The notes beneath the pieces were generated by a model, which was not told where the DNA came from, made no database searches, and saw nothing but the letters and a program-made list of their open reading frames with translations. This document shows positions 46,907 through 56,668 of a DNA stretch of 64,000 bases, piece after piece (positions within the stretch are counted from its first letter, which is position 1; each line of letters opens with the position of its first letter). A program made the translations under genes and the position numbers. The stretch lies in the IMG/VR virus record IMGVR_UViG_2687453461_000002, one strand, 5' to 3'. The DNA is from a virus. Taxonomy: Duplodnaviria; Caudoviricetes.

Positions 46907-47758
46907 ATGGCCAAGTCTTTCAAGCAAATGATCAAAGACGGGGATCTGAAGCGGGCTGACGCGATGAAGGCCCGCCTGGAAGATCTACACGAAGAACCCG
47001 GCTTCAACCTTCGGGCCGAAGGTGAAGAGCTGGAAGAAAGCATCAACGCACTCGCTGAGTTCATCTTCGCCGGCGGCCAGATCCCCGCGCTTGAAGTGCG
47101 ACCTCGCGCCGAAGGTGGGATGTGGGTTGTCGATGGCCACCGCCGTCGCCGCGCCTACTTGAAGCTGGATCAGGCAGGTCGCCTTCCAAGAGTGCCGAGC
47201 AAGGACGACCCAGAGCGCCTGGAGGCGTGGATCTCGATTGTTCCTTTCGAGGGCAACGACGCCGAACGGGTAGCAAGGGTCATCACCAGCCAGGAAGGAA
47301 AGAAGCTCTCTCCTCTTGAGCTGGCAGATGGCTACAAGCGGCTCACCGCATTTGGCTGGACGCCTGATCAGATCGCCAAGAAGGTCGGCAAAACACGTCA
47401 GCACGTTGAGCAAGTGATGACACTCGGCAATGCCAACACAGACGTTCAACAGCTTGTTGCATCGGGCCAAGTGTCCGCTACAACTGCGGTGCAGGTGGTG
47501 CGGCAGCATGGCGAGGAAGCAGGCAAAGTGCTTGGTGGCGAGCTGCAAAAGGCCAAGGCGACCGGCAAGTCCAAGGTGACCGCAGGATCGATGCGCGGCC
47601 CTACAACTTCCCGTCAACGGCTCGAAGCGATACGTGTAGCAGCACAGGAAATCTTCAAAGCAATGCCTGATGGCTACCTGAATAGTTCAGGGCCAGAGGT
47701 CAGCCTCCCCACAGCACTGCTCCTCAAGCTCCAGCGGGCGGTTAGCGAAGCAACCTAG
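46907..47758 (+). CDS. ParB/Srx N-terminal domain protein
   Basis: GFNLR, VVDGHRR, LSPLELA, HTH. Confidence 0.8.
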   Translation: MAKSFKQMIKDGDLKRADAMKARLEDLHEEPGFNLRAEGEELEESINALAEFIFAGGQIPALEVRPRAEGGMWVVDGHRRRRAYLKLDQAGRLPRVPSKDDPERLEAWISIVPFEGNDAERVARVITSQEGKKLSPLELADGYKRLTAFGWTPDQIAKKVGKTRQHVEQVMTLGNANTDVQQLVASGQVSATTAVQVVRQHGEEAGKVLGGELQKAKATGKSKVTAGSMRGPTTSRQRLEAIRVAAQEIFKAMPDGYLNSSGPEVSLPTALLLKLQRAVSEAT

Positions 47759-47889
47759 CAATTCAATTGCATCCCCGCGCCGGTTCTTCTGAACAACCAG
47801 CGCCACGTCAGCGTGACGTCAACTGCCCGATCCCTGGTGCTCACGGGCACCAGGGCGCATGGGAAATCTCCTTGTGAGCCATAAAGTGA

Positions 47890-48126
47890 TCAATCGTCCC
47901 TGTCATCACGATCGCGATTGTGGTCACGCCATCGATCACCATCTCGGCGGTCATGCCTGTGGTAATAACCCTGATCGTTGTCATTGCCCTGGTCATATCT
48001 CCGATCGTGATCATAGCCCCTGTAACGATCACGACCGTATCCTCCTCCATCGTCCCAGACAGGCACGCAACCTCCCAACAAGAGGGAGCCTGATAGAGCC
48101 AAAAGAACGATTGCTGCGCGCTTCAT
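47890..48126 (-). CDS. small lipoprotein with D/R/H-rich low-complexity tail
   Basis: lipobox LGGC. Confidence 0.65.
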   Translation of the reverse strand: MKRAAIVLLALSGSLLLGGCVPVWDDGGGYGRDRYRGYDHDRRYDQGNDNDQGYYHRHDRRDGDRWRDHNRDRDDRDD

Positions 48127-48316
48127 TTTGAATGTCCTGAAAGCCAGTAAGGGCAGGATATTTGACTGCAAATAAGTTCAGAAATTCATTGGCGAAAAGC
48201 AAATCTCGCCACCTCCGACACCACCCGCATGCACTCCCCTCCGCGCCCATCGGCAACCAGCGGAGCGGATGAGTGCAGCCGAGTTTTGTTGGGTCAACCA
48301 AACACTGGAGGTCGCC

Positions 48317-48595
48317 ATGCATCACTGTACCGATACCCAAGCAGTCTGCCGTGGCTGCGGGCTGAAGCTTCGCGGCTCGCCATCATGGAAAGGCGGCCTC
48401 GCTTATCATCCTGAGCCTAAAGGCGAGATCCACCAATGCCACTACGGCGGCTGGGTCTGCTCGCGACGCTGTGATATCCGCGCCTGCGTCGAGCTGGAAG
48501 GAACGATGCCAGGCTGCGGTGGCGTGAACGGCTATGAGCGGCTGTCCACCTACGCAAAAGAGAGCATTGATCGCCACTGGCCGGAGGCAGCATGA
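48317..48595 (+). CDS. Cys-rich phage protein
   Basis: GGAGG RBS; CRGC, CSRRC. Confidence 0.65.
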   Translation: MHHCTDTQAVCRGCGLKLRGSPSWKGGLAYHPEPKGEIHQCHYGGWVCSRRCDIRACVELEGTMPGCGGVNGYERLSTYAKESIDRHWPEAA

Positions 48596-49014
48596 ACACT
48601 GCAATGCAGATATGCCAGACCCGGTATGACGCCAGGCTGCCTCCAGAGTCGGTTGATACCGAGGAGGCTGAGCGGATCTGGGTCGACAACGCGGCCTGTG
48701 ACCTGCTGGACGGGCAAGACGTAATGTTCCAGCGCCGCATGCGCAGTACTCAGGGCGTAACGCATGACCAATTCGCGCAGGCTGTCGATGAATACGTGAT
48801 GAATCATCTCTGCGAGCCCGGAATGGGCGCCACAGTGATCGGTCGTTTGATCTTGGCTGCGCACCGTAGAGACGTGTCAGAAGCCCGCAGCGCCGCATTT
48901 GAGGCGCTGGATAGCCAAGACCCTGACGAAACCCTGCGCGATATTGCACGCACCCTCCTTCGCCCTCTTGCTGCTGATGGCCTGATTGCCCAGGCCGAGG
49001 ACAATGAGCTGTGA
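48592..49014 (+). CDS. hypothetical phage protein
   Basis: coupled early-gene chain. Confidence 0.7.
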   Translation: MNTAMQICQTRYDARLPPESVDTEEAERIWVDNAACDLLDGQDVMFQRRMRSTQGVTHDQFAQAVDEYVMNHLCEPGMGATVIGRLILAAHRRDVSEARSAAFEALDSQDPDETLRDIARTLLRPLAADGLIAQAEDNEL

Positions 49015-49202
49015 GCCCTCACATTCTCATCGACCAAGCCCTCGAAGGCGTTGCCGATCCCAACAGCCAGCCCGACATCGATGTCCTGGTGCAAGGCCTG
49101 ATCACCCGCCTGTTCACTGACGGTGCAATCACCACCGACGAATTCACCCACTACTGCAAGCGCCTGATGGAAGCCTGTCACCGGCGCAAGGAGGCAGAAT
49201 GA
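49011..49202 (+). CDS. hypothetical phage protein
   Basis: coupled early-gene chain. Confidence 0.65.
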   Translation: MSPHILIDQALEGVADPNSQPDIDVLVQGLITRLFTDGAITTDEFTHYCKRLMEACHRRKEAE

Positions 49203-49396
49203 CCACTTCCCCAGTCAAGTCGCTCATCGAGGAGCAACTGGAAGACATCACCGCTCACAACCTGCGTGATGCCTACAGCCTGGCCGAGCGCCGGGGCTTT
49301 TTCGGACCGCCGGTTGAGCAGTATGCGGAGCCAGGTTACCGCGGTCGGGTGCTGCAGGTTCTTCGCTATCGCGTGGCCCAACTGGAGCGGCGGTAA
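49199..49396 (+). CDS. hypothetical phage protein
   Basis: coupled early-gene chain. Confidence 0.6.
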   Translation: MTTSPVKSLIEEQLEDITAHNLRDAYSLAERRGFFGPPVEQYAEPGYRGRVLQVLRYRVAQLERR

Positions 49397-49680
49397 TGAG
49401 CGGCGCCGGCGCACACAAGCGTGGTCAGCAGCTGGCGATCCGCTGCGCGAAACTCCGACGCGAAGGCCTGTCACTTTCAGAAGTGGCCCAGGCCGCTGGT
49501 ATCAAGAAGGAGCAGGCCAACGCCAAGATCACCCTGGGCGAGCGCCTGTTATCGCTGGAGGAATCGCCATGATCCCCGTTATCGCAATCGTCTGGTTCGC
49601 CTGCGTCTATCTGAGATAGATGCCGCAGCATCCTCTCGCCGAATTTTACAGCGCCTCCTCTGACGGCGCGGAGAACAATC

Positions 49681-50412
49681 ATGTCCAACACCCGGATCTG
49701 GGACCAGGTCAACGTTACCGACCCCGGCGCAACAAAAAACTTCACAGGCATGGGCGGCTTCAAAGGCACCGCCATCAAGCCCACATATCTGATGCACAAG
49801 GCAACCGAAGTATTCGGCCCTTGTGGCGAGGGGTGGGGCTGGTCAGTGCTTGAAGATCGTTTCGACGAAGGCGGCCCACTCCAAGCCCCCACCAAGGAAT
49901 GGCCGGACGCGCCGCGCATCAATGCCAAGTTGCACACGCTGAAAATTGAGCTGTGGTATCTGGGCAAGGATGGGCAGAAATGCACGATCCAGCACTACGG
50001 CCACACGCCGTTTGTGTACTTCCAGAGCGGAAAGATCATGACCGACTGGGAGGCGGCTAAGAAGTCGCTCACTGACGCTGTAGGCAAGTGCCTGCAACCC
50101 CTCGGTTTCTCTGCCGATATTCACATGGGCTTGTTTGACGACGCCGCGTATGTCGATGCGGTTCGAGATGAGGTCGCTCTCGAAAAAGCTGAAAACAGGG
50201 TTGAAGAGGAAGAGCGTCAGAAGCAGGAGCGACTCGACTACATCAAATCGGCGATTGACAACCTGAAAGCCGCGCAGACCCCTCACGAACGCAAGAAAAT
50301 CCACGACATCGCAGTCCGCCAGTTGACTCTGCGCAAGGACGAAAAAGGCGCGGCACGAATCTCACTTGAATGGAAAAAGCTTTCTGATCCGAAGCAGGAG
50401 ACAGCGGCATGA
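49681..50412 (+). CDS. single-strand annealing protein (Rad52/Sak-like, putative)
   Basis: ATEVFGPCGEGWG, AAKKSLTDAVGK..LGFSADI. Confidence 0.65.
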   Translation: MSNTRIWDQVNVTDPGATKNFTGMGGFKGTAIKPTYLMHKATEVFGPCGEGWGWSVLEDRFDEGGPLQAPTKEWPDAPRINAKLHTLKIELWYLGKDGQKCTIQHYGHTPFVYFQSGKIMTDWEAAKKSLTDAVGKCLQPLGFSADIHMGLFDDAAYVDAVRDEVALEKAENRVEEEERQKQERLDYIKSAIDNLKAAQTPHERKKIHDIAVRQLTLRKDEKGAARISLEWKKLSDPKQETAA

Positions 50413-50972
50413 CTCAGCTCTACGCTTTGACCAGTCAGATGACCGAGCTCGCCGCTCTTGCGGATACCGACGATGAAGGATTGCGTCAGGCCATCCAGGA
50501 CACCATGGACAGCATTCAGGGCGAGTTCGAGGTGAAGGCTGAGAGCGTCGTCATGCTGTGCCGCAACATCCAGGGCGACATCGATGCCATCGACAAGGAA
50601 GTCGACCGCCTTAACGAGCTGAAACGCATCAGGAAGAACACCGTCGGCAAGCTCGACGAATACCTGCGCCGCAACATGGAGGCCGCCGACATCAAGTCGA
50701 TTAAGCGGCCGCTGTTCACCATCACCCTGGCCCTGGCGCCAGAGAAGGTGATCGTCGACAAGGAAAACGACATCCCGTACGACTTCCTCGACACGAAGAC
50801 CGTGTTCTCGCCAGACAAGCGCGCCATCGCCGCCAAGCTTAAGGAAATCCGCGAGCATAACGCCGCGGTACGCAAGCGCCTGGATGCCGGCGAGGACGCG
50901 GAAGCCGAGCTACTCGAGGAACCATCCTGGGCACACCTAGAGCGCGGCGAAAGCTCGATTCGCATCAAGTGA
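50409..50972 (+). CDS. Siphovirus Gp157 family protein
   Basis: LYAL N-terminus, IDKEVDRL, PDKRAI, SIRIK. Confidence 0.85.
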   Translation: MTQLYALTSQMTELAALADTDDEGLRQAIQDTMDSIQGEFEVKAESVVMLCRNIQGDIDAIDKEVDRLNELKRIRKNTVGKLDEYLRRNMEAADIKSIKRPLFTITLALAPEKVIVDKENDIPYDFLDTKTVFSPDKRAIAAKLKEIREHNAAVRKRLDAGEDAEAELLEEPSWAHLERGESSIRIK

Positions 50973-51200
50973 GGTAAGCATGAGCAACTACATCCTGGTC
51001 CGCTCCGAGCGCCAGGCCGAACTGGAGGCAGCTAAGGCTGCCTTCTTCATATCTGGCAACAAGGTCCAGGTGCTGGAGTCCTTAACGTGGCGCGGATATT
51101 TCGGAATGAAAGCTTGGCCGAGCTGAAGCGGAACCCAGGCGATGAGGTAACTGCCCCGGCCTGGAGAGCGCGTGAGGGAAAGTCAAAAAAATCCATGTTC

Positions 51201-51344
51201 CTATTTCTTCGGCTCCGGTTTGGACGGAGGCGACTTTGGGGGGGTTGCCGGCAGCATGTTTCGAACAGGTTCGTTGTTAACGCTTTCTTGCGCCACAACG
51301 ACCTTACCTGAGGCAAACGCTTTCTTTAGCTCTTCTTCAGTCAT
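51201..51344 (-). CDS. 47-aa Pro-rich peptide B
   Basis: hand translation MTEEELKKAFASGKVVVAQESVNNEPVRNMLPATPPKSPPSKPEPKK. Confidence 0.6.
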   Translation of the reverse strand: MTEEELKKAFASGKVVVAQESVNNEPVRNMLPATPPKSPPSKPEPKK

Positions 51345-51372
51345 GTTCTCGTCCAAAAAATGATCAGCTGCT

Positions 51373-51516
51373 TTATCCGCGAGCCGGTGGCTTTGGCGGA
51401 GTAGATGGGGGAGTTTTCGGCAAGATATTCCTTGGCATCACCGGATTAACGTTTAACCCCTCGTTGATACTCTTGCGAATTTGCTCTTCAACAACTTTCT
51501 GTTTGTCGCTAGTCAT
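51373..51516 (-). CDS. 47-aa Pro-rich peptide A
   Basis: hand translation MTSDKQKVVEEQIRKSINEGLNVNPVMPRNILPKTPPSTPPKPPARG; GAGGA RBS; overlaps the upstream stop. Confidence 0.65.
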   Translation of the reverse strand: MTSDKQKVVEEQIRKSINEGLNVNPVMPRNILPKTPPSTPPKPPARG

Positions 51517-52120
51517 CTTCCTCATCCTTCACTGGCTCAAGAAACTCAGTCCACTGGACATCAACTCCAGACACAAGCATAAAGGACACGCCTTCCGCCG
51601 GTACAAATTGGTCGTTTTCGATCCAAGTAGGAAACTGCATCAAGTAGTGGCCTTTCTCAGGATCAGTAGGCCATGATCGCGGGTATCCCGCAAGCCGACG
51701 ACCGTCAAGTAGCTGCAGCACAATGGATCGATCCTTCAACGTTCTGTGCGCAAAACGCCAGTCAGAGCCATCAGCGGACCTGTGTGTGAGCCCCATCTTT
51801 CGAGCAACCCGGTACAAAATATCATTGTTACCCAAATACGCTAAAAGCAATCCAAATGCCACAGCGAGGCACGCACTGCATATCGCAGAGGATTTTTCTG
51901 TCCAAACTCCCAGGGAATAAAACTCCCCCACCATGAGTGCAAATGCTTGTATGTAACTAGCCAAGAACTGAATGATCGCAGTTCCGATCAACGCTTGAAT
52001 GACTCGCTCAAATTGCCCCGGCTTCTGAGAGTCAGACAGCCAATAGAATATGAATGTTGCCAAGAATCCAGGTAGAACTACCTGAAGAAACGGCACGGCC
52101 TTGCCAAAAAAATCTTCCAT
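51509..52120 (-). CDS. DUF6338-like membrane protein
   Basis: LPGFLA N-terminal TM, three TMs, W..LQLLDGRRLAGYP..W..YL. Confidence 0.75.
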   Translation of the reverse strand: MEDFFGKAVPFLQVVLPGFLATFIFYWLSDSQKPGQFERVIQALIGTAIIQFLASYIQAFALMVGEFYSLGVWTEKSSAICSACLAVAFGLLLAYLGNNDILYRVARKMGLTHRSADGSDWRFAHRTLKDRSIVLQLLDGRRLAGYPRSWPTDPEKGHYLMQFPTWIENDQFVPAEGVSFMLVSGVDVQWTEFLEPVKDEEDD

Positions 52121-52238
52121 TTTAAATAGTCATTTCCACCGTTTAATCCTCACTACTGCTCCACCCTTGGTTAAGCGCAGTCCAAGAAACGCAATATCTG
52201 TCATTTCACATAATCACGCTAGCCCGCGAGGCCCTCCT

Positions 52239-52352
52239 ATGACCGCACATCAGAAGAAACACCCCTTCGATTTCAAAGCCTAATACGCACTTGGCTGCAA
52301 CCCTCAGGACAATGAGATCGTAGTCGACTTCTTTTGCAGTGGCGGCGCAGGA
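52239..52352 (+). pseudogene. DNA cytosine methyltransferase 5' remnant
   Basis: MTAHQKKHPFDFKA*YALGCNPQDNEIVVDFFCSGG (motif I-like), then truncated. Confidence 0.65.
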
Positions 52353-52508
52353 TGCCGCCTAGGGAGCTACCGGCGAGAAGTTCGGATACGGCGCTACTGG
52401 ACACCAGGAGCGGCTGAAGGCTGAACGAGCCAGGCTTGCGCCAGAGGTGCGCAAGCACGCTGAGAATGGGCTTGATCCAGCCCAGATAGGCGCCGCAATG
52501 TCCATGCG

Positions 52509-52899
52509 CGTGCAGCGCGTCTTGATGATCGCTACAGAGAACAACATCGTTATCAGGGGAAGGCCGTGAAGGCAGAGAAGACTGGTGCGGCGAAGCATTC
52601 AGCTGACTACCGCGACCGCAAGAAGGCCGAGGCTGATCGCCTGGGCATCGAGAAGATGCACTTCGATATGCCAGCGGGGATTCGCAAGCAGCTTGCTGCT
52701 GAGCTGAAGGCTCACGGTTACAGCCAGGCACAAGAACCCTGGCAGGACTTGGCTCTGTCGTGGATTGCCCAGGAACCAGATGAGCGAGCGCGTCGACTTC
52801 AAAGACCTGACGCGCCAGCTTTTCGCATATCACCAAGACTTGCGCGTCAGTTCAACGAAGCAAGCGAGGCTGAATTGAAGCGATACCCAGAGTGCGAGG
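52509..52899 (+). repeat. scaffold repeat copy 1 (gene X, ORF 52566-52919)
   Basis: near-identical to 55899-56270 (..HFDMPAGIRKQLAAE..). Confidence 0.9.
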
Positions 52900-53349
52900 T
52901 CATACTCCCGAATTGCTAACGCCAAGTACTCGCCGAACAATTGCGGAGAGAACCTTGTATTCGCGCATGTCGTCGGTGTTTGGCAGGGCAGCTTCACCAT
53001 CGGCAGTGTAGATGGTGCCATTGTGTGCTACGTGGAACGTTCCTACGAGAACCTCTTTCTCCGGAGCAAATTCCTTAACAGCTACCCGAGCTTCGAGCAG
53101 CGCCTCGCCTCCCCGATACAACATCGTCGAGTAGATGCGGAATGGCTTCCCGGATACATTTCCGGACACGAGCGCGCCATCTTCTTCGCGCTCGAAGGTT
53201 ACTTGGCCGTTAAAGTGCCTATGGCCTAAGTCATTCCAGAACTCGATGAGCTCGACATATCGATCCGTGGCGCGCCTGTAGCCATAAGCGGCACGAGAAA
53301 CCAGAGTCTGCAGCTCGTTAACGTCCTCATCAAAATCCGATTTTTTCAC
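52900..53349 (-). CDS. hypothetical cargo protein
   Basis: GGAG RBS, GTG start, 149 aa. Confidence 0.7.
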   Translation of the reverse strand: MKKSDFDEDVNELQTLVSRAAYGYRRATDRYVELIEFWNDLGHRHFNGQVTFEREEDGALVSGNVSGKPFRIYSTMLYRGGEALLEARVAVKEFAPEKEVLVGTFHVAHNGTIYTADGEAALPNTDDMREYKVLSAIVRRVLGVSNSGV

Positions 53350-53464
53350 CGAAATACTCCATCTAAACCGGGCGGATTGCCCTGCACTGGTCTACCTCAA
53401 AAAACACCAAATTGCCACCATGCCGCCGCCAGCACGGAGGGCGGCGCATGCATGGAGATAAGCC

Positions 53465-53869
53465 ATGAGCAACTACAACTGCGACTACGTTCGCCGCCAT
53501 TACGACGTGCCGGCCGAGATCGGGCGCCGAGTGATCGCCAACGGCGAGCCCGGCGTGATCATGGCCGACCGCGGCCACTACATAGGCGTCATCCTCGACG
53601 GCGACCTGAAGAAGCGCATAAGGAACTACCATCCGACCTGGGAAATGCAGTACGGCGAGATGGCCGAGGCGCTCCCCCTCAAAGAGTGGCTGGTCCTACC
53701 CTTCAATCATGATTGGGACGACCTCAACTGGAGCCGAGAGGCCCGAGAAGATTTGGTAAGGGTCTGAGCGGCTACTAGAGGTCAGGCCAAGTACAAAGCC
53801 TATAAGCGACTTCAAGACTACTGCCACAGCATCAAGGCGATGCTCCACTTCAAAGTCCGGCGCGCCTGA
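53465..53869 (+). pseudogene. phage early protein with internal TGA
   Basis: frame continues past TGA 53765-53767 (probably TGG) to 53869. Confidence 0.6.
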
Positions 53870-53899
53870 CCCGCCCTCAGCTGTTGCGCGGAGCCTGGC

Positions 53900-54475
53900 T
53901 TAAAGATCGGCAGCCCTGATTACGTCGGTCCCGCCACTATATTCATCTGTAAATGAAGATGCTCCCGCCAGAGCTTTTTCGGCGGCATCGCTCAGTCCGC
54001 ACAAAGATTTGTAGTTTCCATCTGACAGCCCCCCATCACTGGATATATTCTCTAAAACTTTGAGCATTCGATTCGCGGACAAGGCAATGTTTTGGACATC
54101 CCTGGCGACCAACGCTCCAGGAAGTTCATAAATAGGCAGCCTAGAAATCCATAACACTGCAGCCTCAAGAGCGTCCCTATGGCGGGACGCACTCTCTTCC
54201 AAAAGGATGTCTGGCATTTTCCTGGCGGTCTCAATCACACGCTTCGCGACAATCTCAGCCACTTCAACTGTGGCTCTGAGCGACGCAATTCGTTGAAGTC
54301 TGGATTCTTCCGCCTGCTGGTTAACCTGAGCTCGAAACAGCTTTTGAGATTGATGCCCTTGCCACCAAGCAACGCCTATGGCGACAAACAACGCAAAAAT
54401 CGATCCAACCGATTGAACCCATGACGCTAATCCTGGATGACTCTCCATCCAGCACGAAAGCAGCTCACAACTCAT
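53900..54475 (-). CDS. hypothetical cargo protein with N-terminal TM
   Basis: GGAGG RBS; HPGLASWVQSVGSIFALFVAI. Confidence 0.75.
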   Translation of the reverse strand: MSCELLSCWMESHPGLASWVQSVGSIFALFVAIGVAWWQGHQSQKLFRAQVNQQAEESRLQRIASLRATVEVAEIVAKRVIETARKMPDILLEESASRHRDALEAAVLWISRLPIYELPGALVARDVQNIALSANRMLKVLENISSDGGLSDGNYKSLCGLSDAAEKALAGASSFTDEYSGGTDVIRAADL

Positions 54476-54576
54476 TAAGCCTCCTGGCTCCGGCTCCATG
54501 CCGGGCCGAGCACCAATACCCCAATCCAATCAATCACGCCACTCTGGCAAGGCCAGAGGCTGCACCGAGATACCCC

Positions 54577-54935
54577 ATGAGCACCTTTGCAGTGTTTAGA
54601 ATGACCTTCGATATAGCCAAGACTGGGGCACGCAAGAAAACTGCCGGTGCCCTGAAGAACGCCAAAGTCCCTGGCGACGTCGAGCCGCTCCCCAAAGCTG
54701 ATTGATCGCCAAGCACACCGAGAAGATCATGGAGGGTACGGTTCGCCAGCTCTCGCGGATTTTCTACGCGCCGCAGTATGCCGAGCAGTTCATTGAACTA
54801 CCCCACAAGCCTGGGAAATGTCGTGATATGCAGATCAAGACGAAAGCTGTGCTGGTTGACGCCAAGAGCAAGCCGATCAGCTGGCTGGAAACCACTTTGG
54901 CTACTTGGCAAAACCGAAATGAAGGGGCAGGATAA
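54577..54935 (+). pseudogene. gene Z copy 1, disrupted
   Basis: MSTFAVF..APQYAEQFIEL homologous to 58098-58482 but split across frames. Confidence 0.75.
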
Positions 54936-54966
54936 TGGCTAGTTGCCATGAACCAGGGAAGAAGAC

Positions 54967-55845
54967 ATGCAATATGCTCTGTGCAGAAATGACGGCAGAA
55001 CTTGGGAAGCTTTTGCATTTTCAAAGCTAGGGGATTCGGAGTTAAGCAGTAAACGAAACGATCTTATCTGTACAATGTGCGGAGCGCTGGCATGGTTCCG
55101 AAAGGAAAGCACCCACGGCCACCCCGCCCACTTTTGCGCCCATCACAGCAGCGAATGCGATTTAAAAGCAGAATATGTGGTGGTCGATCAGGACAAGGGA
55201 GATGGTTCTGAAGCTGTAGATATGCTTAAAAGCAGTGGCGATATAATAGTGCGCCTCGACAAAGAGAAGGGTGGTGATATCGATGTAGCGCCGCCATCAG
55301 AGCTTCCAAACGGTCCGGCCTCACAAGATGGAAGATCCTACGTAGTAAAAGGTGGAAATAGATTTTCAAGTCAAGAGTTTACTTTACGTCGAATCTTGCA
55401 TCGGCTGGTACAAAGCCCTGACTTTCGGAACTCCTCCGCAAAATTAACTTTTTTCAAAAAAGGTGATGAGCCTTATATCTCGGGTTGCGTGAGAGATATT
55501 ACCCGTGCTTTCAGCGAAATCTCAAAGGAAGAGGAAAGTGAAGCCCCCATGTTCTACTGGGGCCCAATCACCAGTGTAAAAAAAACGCCAGATGGAAAAA
55601 TCTGGTTAAATTCCGCCCCAGAATATCAATCAGTCAGCGTTGCAATATTCCCAGATATTGCTGATGAGTTTATAAAAAACTTTAATATTGATGAGTTAGA
55701 TGACCTAGCTGGCGCACACATCCTCGTATCTGGAAAATGTTATTTCACCGGAAAACAACAATCAAAACCTATAATATGGTGTGGGGCAGTAAATCAAATT
55801 GTAATTCGACGCTACCGAGCCGCCACCTTACAAACAGCCGGCTAA
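54967..55845 (+). CDS. hypothetical low-GC protein with Zn-binding N-terminus
   Basis: CTMC..HFCAHH..C; 292 aa. Confidence 0.75.
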   Translation: MQYALCRNDGRTWEAFAFSKLGDSELSSKRNDLICTMCGALAWFRKESTHGHPAHFCAHHSSECDLKAEYVVVDQDKGDGSEAVDMLKSSGDIIVRLDKEKGGDIDVAPPSELPNGPASQDGRSYVVKGGNRFSSQEFTLRRILHRLVQSPDFRNSSAKLTFFKKGDEPYISGCVRDITRAFSEISKEEESEAPMFYWGPITSVKKTPDGKIWLNSAPEYQSVSVAIFPDIADEFIKNFNIDELDDLAGAHILVSGKCYFTGKQQSKPIIWCGAVNQIVIRRYRAATLQTAG

Positions 55846-55898
55846 CACAAAACGCAAGCCGGGCAACCATCGGGCGCCCGGCACACTTCGTCGATACG

Positions 55899-56270
55899 TG
55901 TGCAGCGCGTCTTGATGATCGCTGCAGAGAACAACATCCAGATTGAGGGTGTACCGGAGCGGCTAAGCATTCCGCTGACTACCGCGACAGGAAGAAAGCC
56001 GAGGCCGATCGCCTGGGCATCGAGAAGATGCACTTCGATATGCCAGCAGGGATTCGCAAGCAACTTGCAGCTGAGGTGAAAGCTCACGGCTACAGCCAGG
56101 TGCAAGAGCTGTGGCAGGACCTGGCTCTATCATGGATTGCGCAGGACGCAGAGGAGCGAGCGCGTCGACTTCGAAAACCTGACGCGCCAGCTTTTTCAGA
56201 TATCGCCAGAGCTTGCGCGTCAGTTCAAAGCGACCAGCATGGCCGAGCCGAAACGCGATCCTGACAACAA
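55899..56270 (+). repeat. scaffold repeat copy 2 (gene X, degenerate)
   Basis: homologous to 52509-52899; frame change near the 3' end. Confidence 0.9.
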
Positions 56271-56274
56271 GTGA

Positions 56275-56559
56275 TCACTCCCTCATAACCTTGTGTGTCA
56301 TGTGAGCACAGTAGCTGCACATGCCGCCGTTTTGTTTGGCCTCATATTTTTCAGACCACGGTATTTCGCACCCTCGAATACATCGGCCTGGGTCATGCTT
56401 TTCAAGCACGTAGCGATCAAACACTTTCTGTTGCTCAGGCGTTAGGGGTTTATCGTCGAGAAAGAGTCTTGCGACCCCCTCCTCGGCTCCCTGCAAATAG
56501 CCTGCCTCCAGCAACTCGCCAACGTAAGCGCTCAGGCCATCGTCTTCTTCAAACGACAT
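56275..56559 (-). CDS. small Cys-containing cargo protein
   Basis: GGAGG RBS; CIRGC..CSYC. Confidence 0.7.
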   Translation of the reverse strand: MSFEEDDGLSAYVGELLEAGYLQGAEEGVARLFLDDKPLTPEQQKVFDRYVLEKHDPGRCIRGCEIPWSEKYEAKQNGGMCSYCAHMTHKVMRE

Positions 56560-56668
56560 ACGCACCTCCCCGCCGGCCTCATGCCGGTAATTCGTAATAC
56601 CCCATCCCAACCCAAATTGCCACCATGCCGCCACCAGCACGGAGGGCGGCGCATGCATGGAGAAAGGC

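Noticed and set aside
52239-52352. functional restriction-modification system
   Set aside because: Only a short methyltransferase stub with an internal stop remains and no endonuclease is recognisable
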